Shown: one piece after another, positions 29,799-39,615 of the stretch | Position numbering within the stretch: the stretch's first letter is position 1 | Layout of the letters: each line of letters begins with the position of its first letter | DNA from: Verrucomicrobiia bacterium | GTDB lineage: Bacteria > Verrucomicrobiota > Verrucomicrobiia > Palsa-1439 | DNA length: 62,665 bases | Assembly: GCA_050008795.1 (NCBI GenBank) | Contig: JBEKLX010000002.1 | Span: forward strand, 1-62,665 | Direction: 5' to 3' | Made by a program: the position numbers and the translations under genes | Notes under the pieces: model-generated | Seen by the model: only the letters and a program-made list of their open reading frames with translations | Databases searched by the model: none | Told to the model about the DNA's origin: nothing

Positions 29799-31070
29799 TT
29801 ACGCCAATGCCTTGTGCAAGGCGACTTTTAATTTGTCAAGGCCATCGCCCACAAGTGCGGAGATCTCAAAAATCTTCTTCGGCAGGACAGGCATATCACC
29901 TGTCCGCCGTGATCTGGAGGGATGGACGTGAGTCCCCGTTGGGGACAACGTCCCTCTCACGGGGGACGTCCGTCCCACTGCGCGCTTGAAGGCGATCAGG
30001 TTCTTTTTCGCGGCGGCCAAGTCCATTTTATTGGCAACAACCAAACGCGGTTTATCTAAGATGGCGGGGTTATGAAGTTTCAATTCTTCTAGCAACTGAC
30101 GGTAATCTTCCTGCGGTTTGTGGCCGTCCACGCCCGCCATGTCGAGTATGACAACGAGCAGCTTGCATCGCTCGATGTGCCGCAGGAAATCGTGGCCCAG
30201 CCCACGCCCCTCATGTGCGCCTTCAATCAATCCCGGAATGTCTGCAATCAGCGCGCGTCCGCCATCCTCGAAGATGATGACGCCGACGTTGGGCGTCAGT
30301 GTCGTGAATGGATAGGCGGCAACCTTCGGGTGCGCGTTGGAAATCTTCGAGATGAGCGTGGACTTACCGGCGTTTGGATAACCGACCAGACCGACGTCGG
30401 CCAGGGTCTTCAACTCCAACTCCACGCGCAGCTCTTCTCCCGCCTCGCCGTACTCAAACTCGCGCGGCACTTGGTGCGTCGCGCCCTTGAACGCAAAGTT
30501 GCCGCGCCCGCCCTTCCCGCCTTTGGCCAGCACGAACCGTTGTCCGTCGCTCACCAAATCGGCGATGAGTTCGCGGTCGCTCGGGTCGATCGTGGCATCG
30601 GTAGCGGCTTCGGTCGGCACTGATGCCAACCCTTCGACATTGTCCCAAGTGCCGCGTTCCTTCGCGCGCCGTTTGTCGAATCCAAACGGCTTGCCAACAG
30701 CCGCGTCGGCAGAGAAAACCTCCATGGCGGCGGCAGGATGGTAATGTGACGGCGCGCGTTCGCGGACGACAGGTGTGAGCCGATATACCTGTGTGCCAAC
30801 GGGCACTTTCACGACCACATCATCCGAATTGTGCCCATAACGGTTCTTGCCGCGTCCATGATCGCCGGGCTTGGCGACGAGGCGTGGACTGAAGAAGAGA
30901 TCAGACAAGTCAGTGATATTGCGGTCAGCGACCAACACAACATCGCCGCCCTTGCCGCCGTTGCCGCCATCTGGGCCGCCGCGTTCGATGAACTTCTCGC
31001 GACGGAACGACACACACCCGTTTCCGCCATCGCCAGCTTTGACATCCGTTTTGATTTTATCTACGAACAT
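29799..31070 (-). CDS. obg: GTPase Obg/CgtA, with two lineage-specific insertions
   Basis: MFVDKIKTDVKAGDGGNGCVSFRREKF, GGPDGGNGGKGGDV, GYPNAGKSTL, DIPGLIEGA, NKMD, EISA. Confidence 0.95.
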   Translation of the reverse strand: MFVDKIKTDVKAGDGGNGCVSFRREKFIERGGPDGGNGGKGGDVVLVADRNITDLSDLFFSPRLVAKPGDHGRGKNRYGHNSDDVVVKVPVGTQVYRLTPVVRERAPSHYHPAAAMEVFSADAAVGKPFGFDKRRAKERGTWDNVEGLASVPTEAATDATIDPSDRELIADLVSDGQRFVLAKGGKGGRGNFAFKGATHQVPREFEYGEAGEELRVELELKTLADVGLVGYPNAGKSTLISKISNAHPKVAAYPFTTLTPNVGVIIFEDGGRALIADIPGLIEGAHEGRGLGHDFLRHIERCKLLVVILDMAGVDGHKPQEDYRQLLEELKLHNPAILDKPRLVVANKMDLAAAKKNLIAFKRAVGRTSPVRGTLSPTGTHVHPSRSRRTGDMPVLPKKIFEISALVGDGLDKLKVALHKALA

Positions 31071-31124
31071 ACGGACAGAATAGCGGTAAAAGGCAACAGC
31101 GGAAAGCTGAAAGCGGGCCTGCGA

Positions 31125-31739
31125 CTAATTCTTCCTCTGTTCGACGTGACCGTCGTCGTACAAGAGAGTACGCTTTCCGCGATGGTTAGCCTCAATCTCG
31201 CGAAGAATGACGACGTCGGGAGCGCTTTGCCAGAGGTTGGTCGCCCCAGTGAACGCGAAGCTGTAGTGCGTTTTGTCTTTGGCTGACGGACAGATGAAAA
31301 TCTTGGTCGAGTGAATCACTTCTTTCAGATCATCAAAATTGCGTGGCAGCCTCCCATTATGCTGGTCGGCATACATGGCGCAGGCGACGCTGATTTGCTT
31401 GACGTTGTTCATACAGACGATTTCTCGCGCCTTTTCCTTCGCTTGAGCGATTGCTGGCAGCAGCAGCGCGGCTAGGAAAACAGGGGTCATCACCAGGCTG
31501 ATGGCACCGGTGATCAGCCCTGCGACAGCTTGACTATGGCCGATGATTTGTCCGCCGGACTTGCTGATCTCATTCAGCGCGATGATGCCAAAGATAATTG
31601 CAAGCAGCGAACCAATAATCGGCAGGATGCAAGTGACGCCGAGAATGCCGAACACCAAACTTAGGACGGCAAAGGTCGATGGTTTGTGTGACGGGATCGG
31701 TGCTGTAGTGGGCGGAACCTGTGGCGGTTGATCGTTCAT
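31125..31739 (-). CDS. DUF4190-like N-terminal membrane module fused to an H-X9-DG (DUF1559-type pseudopilin-like) domain
   Basis: Pro-rich N-terminus and two TMs (FAVLSLVFGILG..LAIIFGIIAL), then LLLPAIAQAKEKAREIVCMNNVKQI and a terminal HRGKRTLLYDDGHVE (H-X9-DG). Confidence 0.65.
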   Translation of the reverse strand: MNDQPPQVPPTTAPIPSHKPSTFAVLSLVFGILGVTCILPIIGSLLAIIFGIIALNEISKSGGQIIGHSQAVAGLITGAISLVMTPVFLAALLLPAIAQAKEKAREIVCMNNVKQISVACAMYADQHNGRLPRNFDDLKEVIHSTKIFICPSAKDKTHYSFAFTGATNLWQSAPDVVILREIEANHRGKRTLLYDDGHVEQRKN

Positions 31740-31824
31740 AGCAACTTCCTCCTCAAATGGTTCTCAGCAGCTCATATCAAACCTTATTCCGTTACACCAG
31801 CACTTTGGAGGCGCGTCAATAATA

Positions 31825-31849
31825 CTTGGCGTCCTTGCGTCTTTGCGCG
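31825..31849 (+). repeat. phased TTGCG-type 8-9-nt direct repeats just upstream of fumC
   Basis: cttggcgtc-cttgcgtc-tttgcgcg, ending 12 nt before the fumC ATG. Confidence 0.6.
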
Positions 31850-31861
31850 AGAATAACTGAT

Positions 31862-33271
31862 ATGGTAAAACGCACTGAGAAGGATTCCATTGGTTCACTG
31901 AAAGTGCCGGCGTCCGCTTATTACGGCGTGCAGACGCAACGGGCGATCATCAATTTCCCGATCAGCGGCTGGCCGATGCCGCCCCGGTTCATCTACGCGA
32001 TGAGCCGCATCAAACGCGCCGCCGCGCGAACGAATCTCGAACTCGGCTTGATCGATAAAAGGGTTGCCGGCGCCATTGTCGCCGCGGCCACGGAAGTGGT
32101 CGAGGGCAAGCTCGATGATCAATTCCCCGTGGATGTCTTCCAAACCGGCTCCGGGACTTCGACCAACATGAACGTTAACGAAGTTATCGCCAACCGTGCC
32201 AACGAAATCCTCGGCGGAAAACGCGGCAATAAGTCCCTTGTCCACCCCAACGATCACGTCAATCTTTGTCAGTCCAGCAACGACGTCTTCCCCACTGCGA
32301 TTCACATCAGCACGATTGAGGCGATTCAGGAGGAATTGGTTCCGTCGCTGGAGCATCTCAGCAAGGTTCTGGCCAGGAAAGCCCGCGACTTCGATAAAGT
32401 GATGAAAATTGGTCGCACACATTTGCAGGATGCCACCCCCATCCGACTGGGTCAGGAATTCTCCGGCTACGCCGCACAGGTGGAATACGGCCTCGGCCGA
32501 GCCTACGAAGCGGTGGAAGCACTTTCTGAACTCCCGCTCGGTGGCACGGCAGTTGGCACCGGGTTGAACGCGCATCCGGATTTTGCGAAAAAGACCATCG
32601 CGAGGCTGGCCGATGAACTCAAAGTCACGCTGACCGAGACGCGTAATCATTTCGAGGCGGCTGCCGCCCGCGATGCCTGCGTCGAAGCTAGCGGCCACCT
32701 AAAGACCGTCGCCGTCAGCCTCGCGAAGATCGCCAACGACATCCGCATGCTCGGCAGCGGCCCGCGGTGCGGTATCGGCGAACTGAAAATTCCCGCTGTC
32801 CAACCCGGCAGTTCGATCATGCCCGGCAAAGTGAACCCGGTAATTGCCGAAAGCATGATTCAGGTTTGCCTGTGGGTCATCAGCGCCGACCTAGCCGTCA
32901 CACTCGGCGGATTGCAGAGTTTCTTCGAGCTGAACGTTGGTATGCCGCTCATCGCCACGAAAATGCTGGAGAGCACGCACCTACTTGCCGCGTCCGCCCG
33001 CAACTTTGCAGACAAATGCGTCAAAGGCATCGAAGCCGACCGTGCTCGCTGCGAATCGCTGGTCGAACAGAGCCTAGCCATGTGCACGCCATTGGCACCC
33101 GTGATTGGATACGACAAAGCTTCTGCTATCGCCAAGAAAGCGTACAAGGAAGGTAAAACAGTCCGCGAAGTTGCGCGCGAAATGTCCGGCCTGAGCGAGA
33201 AACAACTCGACAAGATTTTTAATCTCCGCGGGCTTACCGAGCCGGGGATAAGAAGCAAAGACGGGAAGTAG
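31862..33271 (+). CDS. fumC: class II fumarate hydratase
   Basis: GSSIMPGKVNP signature. The N-terminal part, beginning EKDSIGSLKVPASAYYG, fits FumC. Confidence 0.97.
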   Translation: MVKRTEKDSIGSLKVPASAYYGVQTQRAIINFPISGWPMPPRFIYAMSRIKRAAARTNLELGLIDKRVAGAIVAAATEVVEGKLDDQFPVDVFQTGSGTSTNMNVNEVIANRANEILGGKRGNKSLVHPNDHVNLCQSSNDVFPTAIHISTIEAIQEELVPSLEHLSKVLARKARDFDKVMKIGRTHLQDATPIRLGQEFSGYAAQVEYGLGRAYEAVEALSELPLGGTAVGTGLNAHPDFAKKTIARLADELKVTLTETRNHFEAAAARDACVEASGHLKTVAVSLAKIANDIRMLGSGPRCGIGELKIPAVQPGSSIMPGKVNPVIAESMIQVCLWVISADLAVTLGGLQSFFELNVGMPLIATKMLESTHLLAASARNFADKCVKGIEADRARCESLVEQSLAMCTPLAPVIGYDKASAIAKKAYKEGKTVREVAREMSGLSEKQLDKIFNLRGLTEPGIRSKDGK

Positions 33272-33273
33272 AT

Positions 33274-33319
33274 CCACAGATTCACACGGATTCAATGGCC
33301 GCAAAGAGGCGCAAGAAGG
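33274..33319 (-). repeat. composite 9-mer repeat element (CACRGATT units plus TTGCG units)
   Basis: ccacagatt-cacacggatt followed by gccgcaaagaggcgcaagaagg. The same two unit types occur at 58813-58857, 31825-31849 and 53621-53648. Confidence 0.6.
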
Positions 33320-33401
33320 CACACCGCGAGATACGAAACTCGTATGATGTCAACGCGGTGGCGGCGAAAAAAGCGAGTTCGGTGAAAAGTGAGGTGATTG
33401 A

Positions 33402-33944
33402 ATGATTTCAACGATCGCATGGATTCTATGGGCGATTGTGGGACTTAATGCTCTATTGTTTCTCATAATTTCTATCTTGCCTACTGGCGGAGATCCCGGT
33501 GGACGCTGGGTGTTTCGAGTGCAAGGACTGATTTGGCTCGTCGGCCTCATACTGACGGCGACATTACCGTTCTCAAAGTTTCATCTACTTTGGATCTATC
33601 CGCTAGGCGCGATAATTCCATACGCAATTATGCAGTGGCGGATGCAACAACAGTTGGACATGGGAACGTCACCAGTCGCACTACTTATGAGGCGGCATTT
33701 GGAGGAACAGAGCGGCGGGGAAGTCTGGAGTTGGCCAGAGATGCTCCGTGTTTTTAAGGTCTATGAAGTAACATCACCACGTGAGTATGCAAAGATTATC
33801 CAGACGTCGGAATTTGCCGGATGGTGGGTGGCCCAAGAACCTGGAGTTGGAACGGTTAAGGTAATTCGACGTGCGGATAAGGTAAAAGGGACTTTGCACT
33901 ATAAAGATAGCCCGCGGTTTTATTTCTGTTGGAATCCAGACTGA
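33402..33944 (+). CDS. hypothetical membrane protein (orphan; low-GC islet)
   Basis: Strong SD (gaggtga) upstream of the ATG. Three to four N-terminal TM helices plus a soluble C-terminal region of about 80 aa. No recognised domain. Confidence 0.6.
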   Translation: MISTIAWILWAIVGLNALLFLIISILPTGGDPGGRWVFRVQGLIWLVGLILTATLPFSKFHLLWIYPLGAIIPYAIMQWRMQQQLDMGTSPVALLMRRHLEEQSGGEVWSWPEMLRVFKVYEVTSPREYAKIIQTSEFAGWWVAQEPGVGTVKVIRRADKVKGTLHYKDSPRFYFCWNPD

Positions 33945-34085
33945 TGAGCGGCAGAGCCTATTGCATAGGCGTGGAAGTCGAAGACTGAAATGTTCAAATA
34001 ACATGCTTGGGCTAGCAGCTTACCTTCCTTTCGGATGGAAATGCACTACCTCTTGGTCAAGATTGCAGAGAGGTTTGAGTAGAAT

Positions 34086-34454
34086 CTAGACATCGAAAGT
34101 TTTGCCATACTTTGGCTCGCTTTGCAGCGCTTGTGAGAGGCGTATTTGATTATAGAGATGTTTGCTTAGCAAACGCGACTCGGATGTTTTGCCGCTTTTG
34201 ATGGACTCCACGATCATGTCACCTGCGAGTTCTCTGGCAACAGCCTTTAGGACGCTAGGATCAAACTCCTTTTCTGTCTTCGGGCCACCGGTCCAGATGT
34301 CACTTGAGCAGCGAATCGTGATCTCGCCTTCGACGGGCTTCCCGTTTTCAGTCGCCACGGAAAACTTGAAAACATAGTTCTCGTCAGGGCCGCGGGAGCT
34401 TAGATCGGGAAAGATTCTTGGTTCGGTATCCAATGTCACTTTTGACTTGCTCAT
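34086..34454 (-). CDS. hypothetical soluble protein (orphan; low-GC islet)
   Basis: Strong SD (ggagga) upstream of the ATG. 122 aa with no recognised domain. Confidence 0.6.
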   Translation of the reverse strand: MSKSKVTLDTEPRIFPDLSSRGPDENYVFKFSVATENGKPVEGEITIRCSSDIWTGGPKTEKEFDPSVLKAVARELAGDMIVESIKSGKTSESRLLSKHLYNQIRLSQALQSEPKYGKTFDV

Positions 34455-34594
34455 TCTTTATTTCCTCCGTTTTTCTTACGTTGATTTCCAACACCGCTGG
34501 AATTGCTAACGCAAGTATCGTGCCAACTGCCGTAGGCCAGTAGACTGAGATGCTTCGACAAGCTCAGCATAACAGGTTTGCGGAGCATCGCACT

Positions 34595-34617
34595 GATATA
34601 TCGCATAGCGATATATC
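34595..34617. promoter_or_regulatory. perfect 10-bp inverted repeat with 3-nt spacer (candidate operator or terminator)
   Basis: gatatatcgc-ata-gcgatatatc, about 140 nt upstream of the 34454 start and 77 nt downstream of the 34694 stop. Confidence 0.4.
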
Positions 34618-34693
34618 CGCCAAAGGCTCTGCGACGATTTCCATTTCAAGAAGTTCTGAATCGACAGCGGATCAATGCGGACGCCGGTCGCCG

Positions 34694-35500
34694 CTACAAC
34701 AGATCGTTCTCGCGTGGTTCCGGGGCGACGCGATCCCGGCAGGCGTTGGTGGCGCTGATAAGGAAGACGGCGAAAGCGGCCAAGTAGACCAGCCCGAGGT
34801 TCATCCCCTGCAAGTCAGCCGCCCAATATACGGCGACGATGATGGACGCAGGCGTTGCGGCGTGGATGGCGATGTTGAGCAGTTGCAGAAAACGCAATCC
34901 GCCGGGCATGCCGCGTTCTAAAAATGACGCCAGACCACAAAAGATCACGGCTTGAGACAGCACCGCCAACATCGCGGTCAGTGTGGCCACCACGAACAGG
35001 AGTGGCAGTCCGAGTGGCAACAGCGACCAGACCATATTTTCGAGGTAATTGCCATTGACCGTGCCATTGGGGAAATCTCGCAGCTCTTGCCGTTGATTGA
35101 ACAGCGGCGCGTCCACGGTATTTGTCGCTTTCCTCCAAACAAGAAACGAATCGGCCATAACCAATACGCCGCGCATGGCGCTCGGGTCAGGCTTGGCGGT
35201 TTTCCCAGTCGTATCCAGCACGAACAGGAAATCCTCGTCGCCGGCACGGAACGGTTGCTTAACACTGGTGACCACGTGGCCGTTATTAATCTCGAACGGC
35301 GGCAGGTGGCAGTCAGCCCAGTCGGCATATTGGTTGAGTTGTTGCAGACCTCGCGGGATGAACCACGCCAGCAGCGCCAGCACGAGCAACGCCATTAGTT
35401 GCGCGAGGTAGCGCAGTGAGCTGAACAGCGGCACGTCGCGAATGGCGCGGTAACTCTTAAAGCTGGTGCAAACAGCGATGACGGTGTGGAAGAAGTTCAT
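34694..35500 (-). CDS. polytopic membrane protein, possibly DUF1189-like
   Basis: N-terminal TM, an extracytoplasmic segment of about 100 aa, then 4 TMs. The family call rests on weak recall only. Confidence 0.4.
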   Translation of the reverse strand: MNFFHTVIAVCTSFKSYRAIRDVPLFSSLRYLAQLMALLVLALLAWFIPRGLQQLNQYADWADCHLPPFEINNGHVVTSVKQPFRAGDEDFLFVLDTTGKTAKPDPSAMRGVLVMADSFLVWRKATNTVDAPLFNQRQELRDFPNGTVNGNYLENMVWSLLPLGLPLLFVVATLTAMLAVLSQAVIFCGLASFLERGMPGGLRFLQLLNIAIHAATPASIIVAVYWAADLQGMNLGLVYLAAFAVFLISATNACRDRVAPEPRENDLL

Positions 35501-35527
35501 CAGTACGAGTGTGGAGTCAGCAGCAGG

Positions 35528-36196
35528 TCAACGCAAGGCCTGCCTCGAATCAGCATTCAAGGCCAGTCTCGAAGCAGAATTCGAGGTCAGTCTCGAAACA
35601 AGATTCGATGCCATTCGACGGCGCGGTTTGGCGGCTTTCCCCAGTTTGGCCTGTGTTTCCTTCTGCAGTTTCTTGATCTGGCCAGCGAAGCTGGCGCGGG
35701 TCGCGGCGTCCATGCGGTCAATAAACAGAATACCGTTGAGATGATCGACTTCATGTTGGACGGCGCGGGCGAGCAATCCCGTGCAGTCGAAAGTGATTTC
35801 CTCCCCGTCGAGGTTCTGCGCGCAGACGGTGATCCTAGCGGCGCGCCGGATATCGGCGGTCATGTCGGGCACGCTGAGACAACCTTCGGAGGCGATTTGT
35901 TCCCCTTCTGGATTGCTAAACACGGGATTGACGAGCACCAACGGCATCCACGCGGTCAAATTCTGTAGCTGGCCGTTAATGATAAGTTCTGAAGGCAGTT
36001 CGCTGGAGGTCGCGTCGATGACCGCGAGCATCAATGCGCGGCCGATTTGTTGTGCGGCGAGGCCGACCCCGTTGGCAACGCGCATGGTCTCGATCATGTC
36101 TGTGACCAATTGGCGCAGCTCTGGCGTAACGCAATCGATGCGCTGGCCTTTCTCGCGCAGGATTGGGTGACCGCATTTGACGATTTCCAGAATCAC
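35528..36196 (-). CDS. def: peptide deformylase with a C-terminal extension of about 50 aa
   Basis: GLAAQQIG, EGCLSVP, HEVDHLNG. GTG start. Confidence 0.95.
   Translation of the reverse strand: MILEIVKCGHPILREKGQRIDCVTPELRQLVTDMIETMRVANGVGLAAQQIGRALMLAVIDATSSELPSELIINGQLQNLTAWMPLVLVNPVFSNPEGEQIASEGCLSVPDMTADIRRAARITVCAQNLDGEEITFDCTGLLARAVQHEVDHLNGILFIDRMDAATRASFAGQIKKLQKETQAKLGKAAKPRRRMASNLVSRLTSNSASRLALNADSRQALR
35537..35608 (-). repeat. 3 x 24-nt tandem repeat forming the last 24 codons of def
   Basis: Coding-sense units are TCGAATCTTGTTTCGAGACTGACC / TCGAATTCTGCTTCGAGACTGGCC / TTGAATGCTGATTCGAGGCAGGCC, encoding SNLVSRLT / SNSASRLA / LNADSRQA. Confidence 0.8.
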
Positions 36197-36315
36197 AAAC
36201 GCACTATAGCGGCGAAGCGCGATAACCGCAAGCGGGGACGACTTGAGTCATTTGAGGCGAGCTTGCGCCGAGACGACCATTCTGCTACAGAATCGCGAAA
36301 AGGAGGACGGACGCA

Positions 36316-36834
36316 GTGCCGCTGGATGCTTATTTGGTCAGTCTCGTGCAACTGATTGTTGCGCCATTTCACAGATTCGGTGCGGTATGGCCGGGAATCG
36401 TGCCTCTTTACGTCTCGCTGGTTATTGGTGAGTTGTATAGGAGCAAAGTGTCGTTTGGCCACGCGGTCGGCAACGGATTCCTGATGCTGTGGGCCGGGTT
36501 GAACTGGGCGATGCACCTGTCGAATTTCGGCATGTTCGCCTACCTCGGTGACGCGGCCAAGCAACGGATGGTGCTCGCGTGGCTGGTGACGGCGTGTTGC
36601 ATCGGCTTGGGAATTTTCACCATCATTCTCGGCCTGCGGAAGAAAGACAAAACGCTCTGTGGGATTCTCGGTCACACCCGGTTCTCGGGGTATTTCATCA
36701 TTCTGTTGTACCCGATGCAGACAGGGCTGGTGACTTGGAACATGCAGTCGTTGGCAGCGATTCTGATCTTTGCGTTGCCGGCATGGTTTTTTATTTACCT
36801 CGTGGGGCGGCTAATGCGAACGTGCATGAAATGA
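36316..36834 (+). CDS. hypothetical polytopic membrane protein
   Basis: Five to six hydrophobic helices. Its stop overlaps the next start (ATGA). Confidence 0.55.
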   Translation: MPLDAYLVSLVQLIVAPFHRFGAVWPGIVPLYVSLVIGELYRSKVSFGHAVGNGFLMLWAGLNWAMHLSNFGMFAYLGDAAKQRMVLAWLVTACCIGLGIFTIILGLRKKDKTLCGILGHTRFSGYFIILLYPMQTGLVTWNMQSLAAILIFALPAWFFIYLVGRLMRTCMK

Positions 36835-37322
36835 GCGCGACCCTGCTCCCACACACCCGTGGCTGTTTCGTCTGCGGCGAGCACAACCCGCACGGACTTC
36901 ACCTTCGTTTCCACCGCGATGGTGCCTCGGTGGTGACCGAGTTTGTACCACAACCGCATCATGCCGGTTTCCGCGGCATCGTGCATGGCGGTGTTCTGGC
37001 GACGGTGCTTGATGAAGCGATGTTCTGGGCGGCGGCGTGCGCGACAAAGCGATTTTGTCTGGCAGCAGAACTCAACGTGCGGTTCTTGAAAAAAGTGGGC
37101 CTCGAACAGCGACTGTTATGCGTGGCCAATTTCGTAGCGGATCGTGGACGGCTCTGGGAATCGCGCGCTGAATTGCGCGACGAGTCGGGGACAGTTTATG
37201 TGCGAGCGACCTGCAAACAGGTACCGATAAGCGTTGCCGACATGCGTCACGCCGCCGAAGATTTCCTCTGCGACGAGCACACGATCCCGGCACGTGAATT
37301 GTTCCCAGACCTGATTACCTGA
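36831..37322 (+). CDS. PaaI-family hotdog-fold thioesterase
   Basis: CFVCGEHNPHGLHLRF and GIVHGGVLATVLDEAM motifs. ATG at 36831 chosen over the upstream in-frame extension. Confidence 0.8.
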   Translation: MSATLLPHTRGCFVCGEHNPHGLHLRFHRDGASVVTEFVPQPHHAGFRGIVHGGVLATVLDEAMFWAAACATKRFCLAAELNVRFLKKVGLEQRLLCVANFVADRGRLWESRAELRDESGTVYVRATCKQVPISVADMRHAAEDFLCDEHTIPARELFPDLIT

Positions 37323-38708
<1,386 letters not shown>

Positions 38709-38711
38709 GGA

Positions 38712-39074
38712 ATGAGTTGGGGGGAACGATTGTGGCAACGAATCCAGTCGTTGGGATTCTTTGTCTTCGTTCTCGTGGTGGCGTTCGGGCTTGGACTGTT
38801 GTTCCTTCCCCTACTCCACCGCAGCCATAGCATGCAACAGGACATGCGGCGGCTCGACAGCGAGATTGAGCGGCAGGAAGCAGTCGAACGACAGCAGCAT
38901 GCGGAGATTGATGCGCTGAAGACCGACCCCTCGTTTCTCGAACGCACTGCCCGCAGCAAACTGAACCTGGCCAAGCCGAACGAGACGGTCTTCAAGTTCG
39001 AGCCGCAACCGTCATCGGTTACTGCCAACTCGACGACTTCGCGTCCCGCCCGCGCGACATCACGGTCGCACTGA
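38712..39074 (+). CDS. ftsB: septum formation initiator (FtsB/DivIC family)
   Basis: One TM plus a coiled coil, then the conserved tail DPSFLERTARSKLNLAKPNETVF. The eno-ftsB neighbourhood is common. Confidence 0.8.
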   Translation: MSWGERLWQRIQSLGFFVFVLVVAFGLGLLFLPLLHRSHSMQQDMRRLDSEIERQEAVERQQHAEIDALKTDPSFLERTARSKLNLAKPNETVFKFEPQPSSVTANSTTSRPARATSRSH

Positions 39075-39077
39075 GCG

Positions 39078-39167
39078 AGGCGTAGCAGCCCGGTAGCTCG
39101 TCAGGCTCTCGTGGGTTCAATTCATGGAAGCCGCTGTTGTTTGCGGCAATCCCACCCCCAAGAACCG
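39078..39167 (+). pseudogene. tRNA-fMet-derived pseudo-tRNA (anticodon arm deleted, hairpin inserted in T-loop)
   Basis: agcagcccggtagctcgtcaggctc is identical to the D-arm and 5' anticodon stem of the tRNA at 39281. It joins directly to tcgtgggttcaa. A 28-nt insert carries the hairpin GCCGC/GCGGC, followed by atcccaccccc. Confidence 0.7.
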
Positions 39168-39246
39168 GTATTACTGCCCTCCAGCTTTACAGCTTCATAT
39201 TCTTCAGCAGTCGCGGGATTGCCATCGCGCTGGTTGGAAACGGGGC

Positions 39247-39275
39247 TTGACGGATGTTGTTCCCCACCATAGTCT
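39247..39275 (+). promoter_or_regulatory. sigma70-type promoter candidate for tRNA-fMet
   Basis: TTGACG, a 17-nt spacer, then TAGTCT, ending 5 nt before the mature tRNA 5' end. Confidence 0.55.
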
Positions 39276-39280
39276 CGCTT

Positions 39281-39357
<77 letters not shown>

Positions 39358-39361
39358 ATTT

Positions 39362-39390
39362 GAAGGCCCGGAGGATCGCTCTGGGTCTTT
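39362..39390 (+). terminator. hairpin after tRNA-fMet
   Basis: gaaggcccggag-gatcg-ctctgggtcttt gives a 12-bp stem if three G-U pairs are allowed, followed by a T-rich tract. Confidence 0.4.
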
Positions 39391-39410
39391 ATGTTTTCGA
39401 CATCAAGAAA

Positions 39411-39454
39411 GTGGGAAGCCACTGTCGTTTGTGGCAATCCCACCCCCGCAACCA
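39411..39454 (+). repeat. tRNA-fMet 3'-end mini-helix repeat, copy 2
   Basis: GTGGG-aaGCCACtgtcgtttGTGGCa-ATCCCACCCCCGCAACCA. The last 19 nt are identical to the tRNA 3' end. Confidence 0.8.
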
Positions 39455-39459
39455 TTTAA

Positions 39460-39493
39460 CGAAGGCTCGGATCCGCAACGGTCCGGGCCTTCG
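39460..39493 (+). terminator. 12-bp stem hairpin after mini-helix copy 2
   Basis: cgaaggctcgga-tccgcaacgg-tccgggccttcg, followed by tgttct. Confidence 0.45.
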
Positions 39494-39512
39494 TGTTCTA
39501 GACGGAGGAGAA

Positions 39513-39556
39513 GAGGGAAGCCGCTGTCGTTTGTGGCAATCCCACACCTGCAACCA
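39513..39556 (+). repeat. tRNA-fMet 3'-end mini-helix repeat, copy 3 (more diverged)
   Basis: GAGGG-aaGCCGCtgtcgtttGTGGCa-ATCCCACACCTGCAACCA, 102 nt after copy 2. Confidence 0.75.
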
Positions 39557-39615
39557 GTTTCCTTGAACCGTCAATCGAACTTTCGGAGCAAGAAAGAATT
39601 ATTGCCAACGGCACG

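Noticed and set aside
39078-39167. Possible second functional tRNA upstream of tRNA-fMet
   Set aside because: It lacks the 5' acceptor strand and the entire anticodon loop and 3' anticodon stem, and its T-loop is interrupted. It cannot fold into a cloverleaf.
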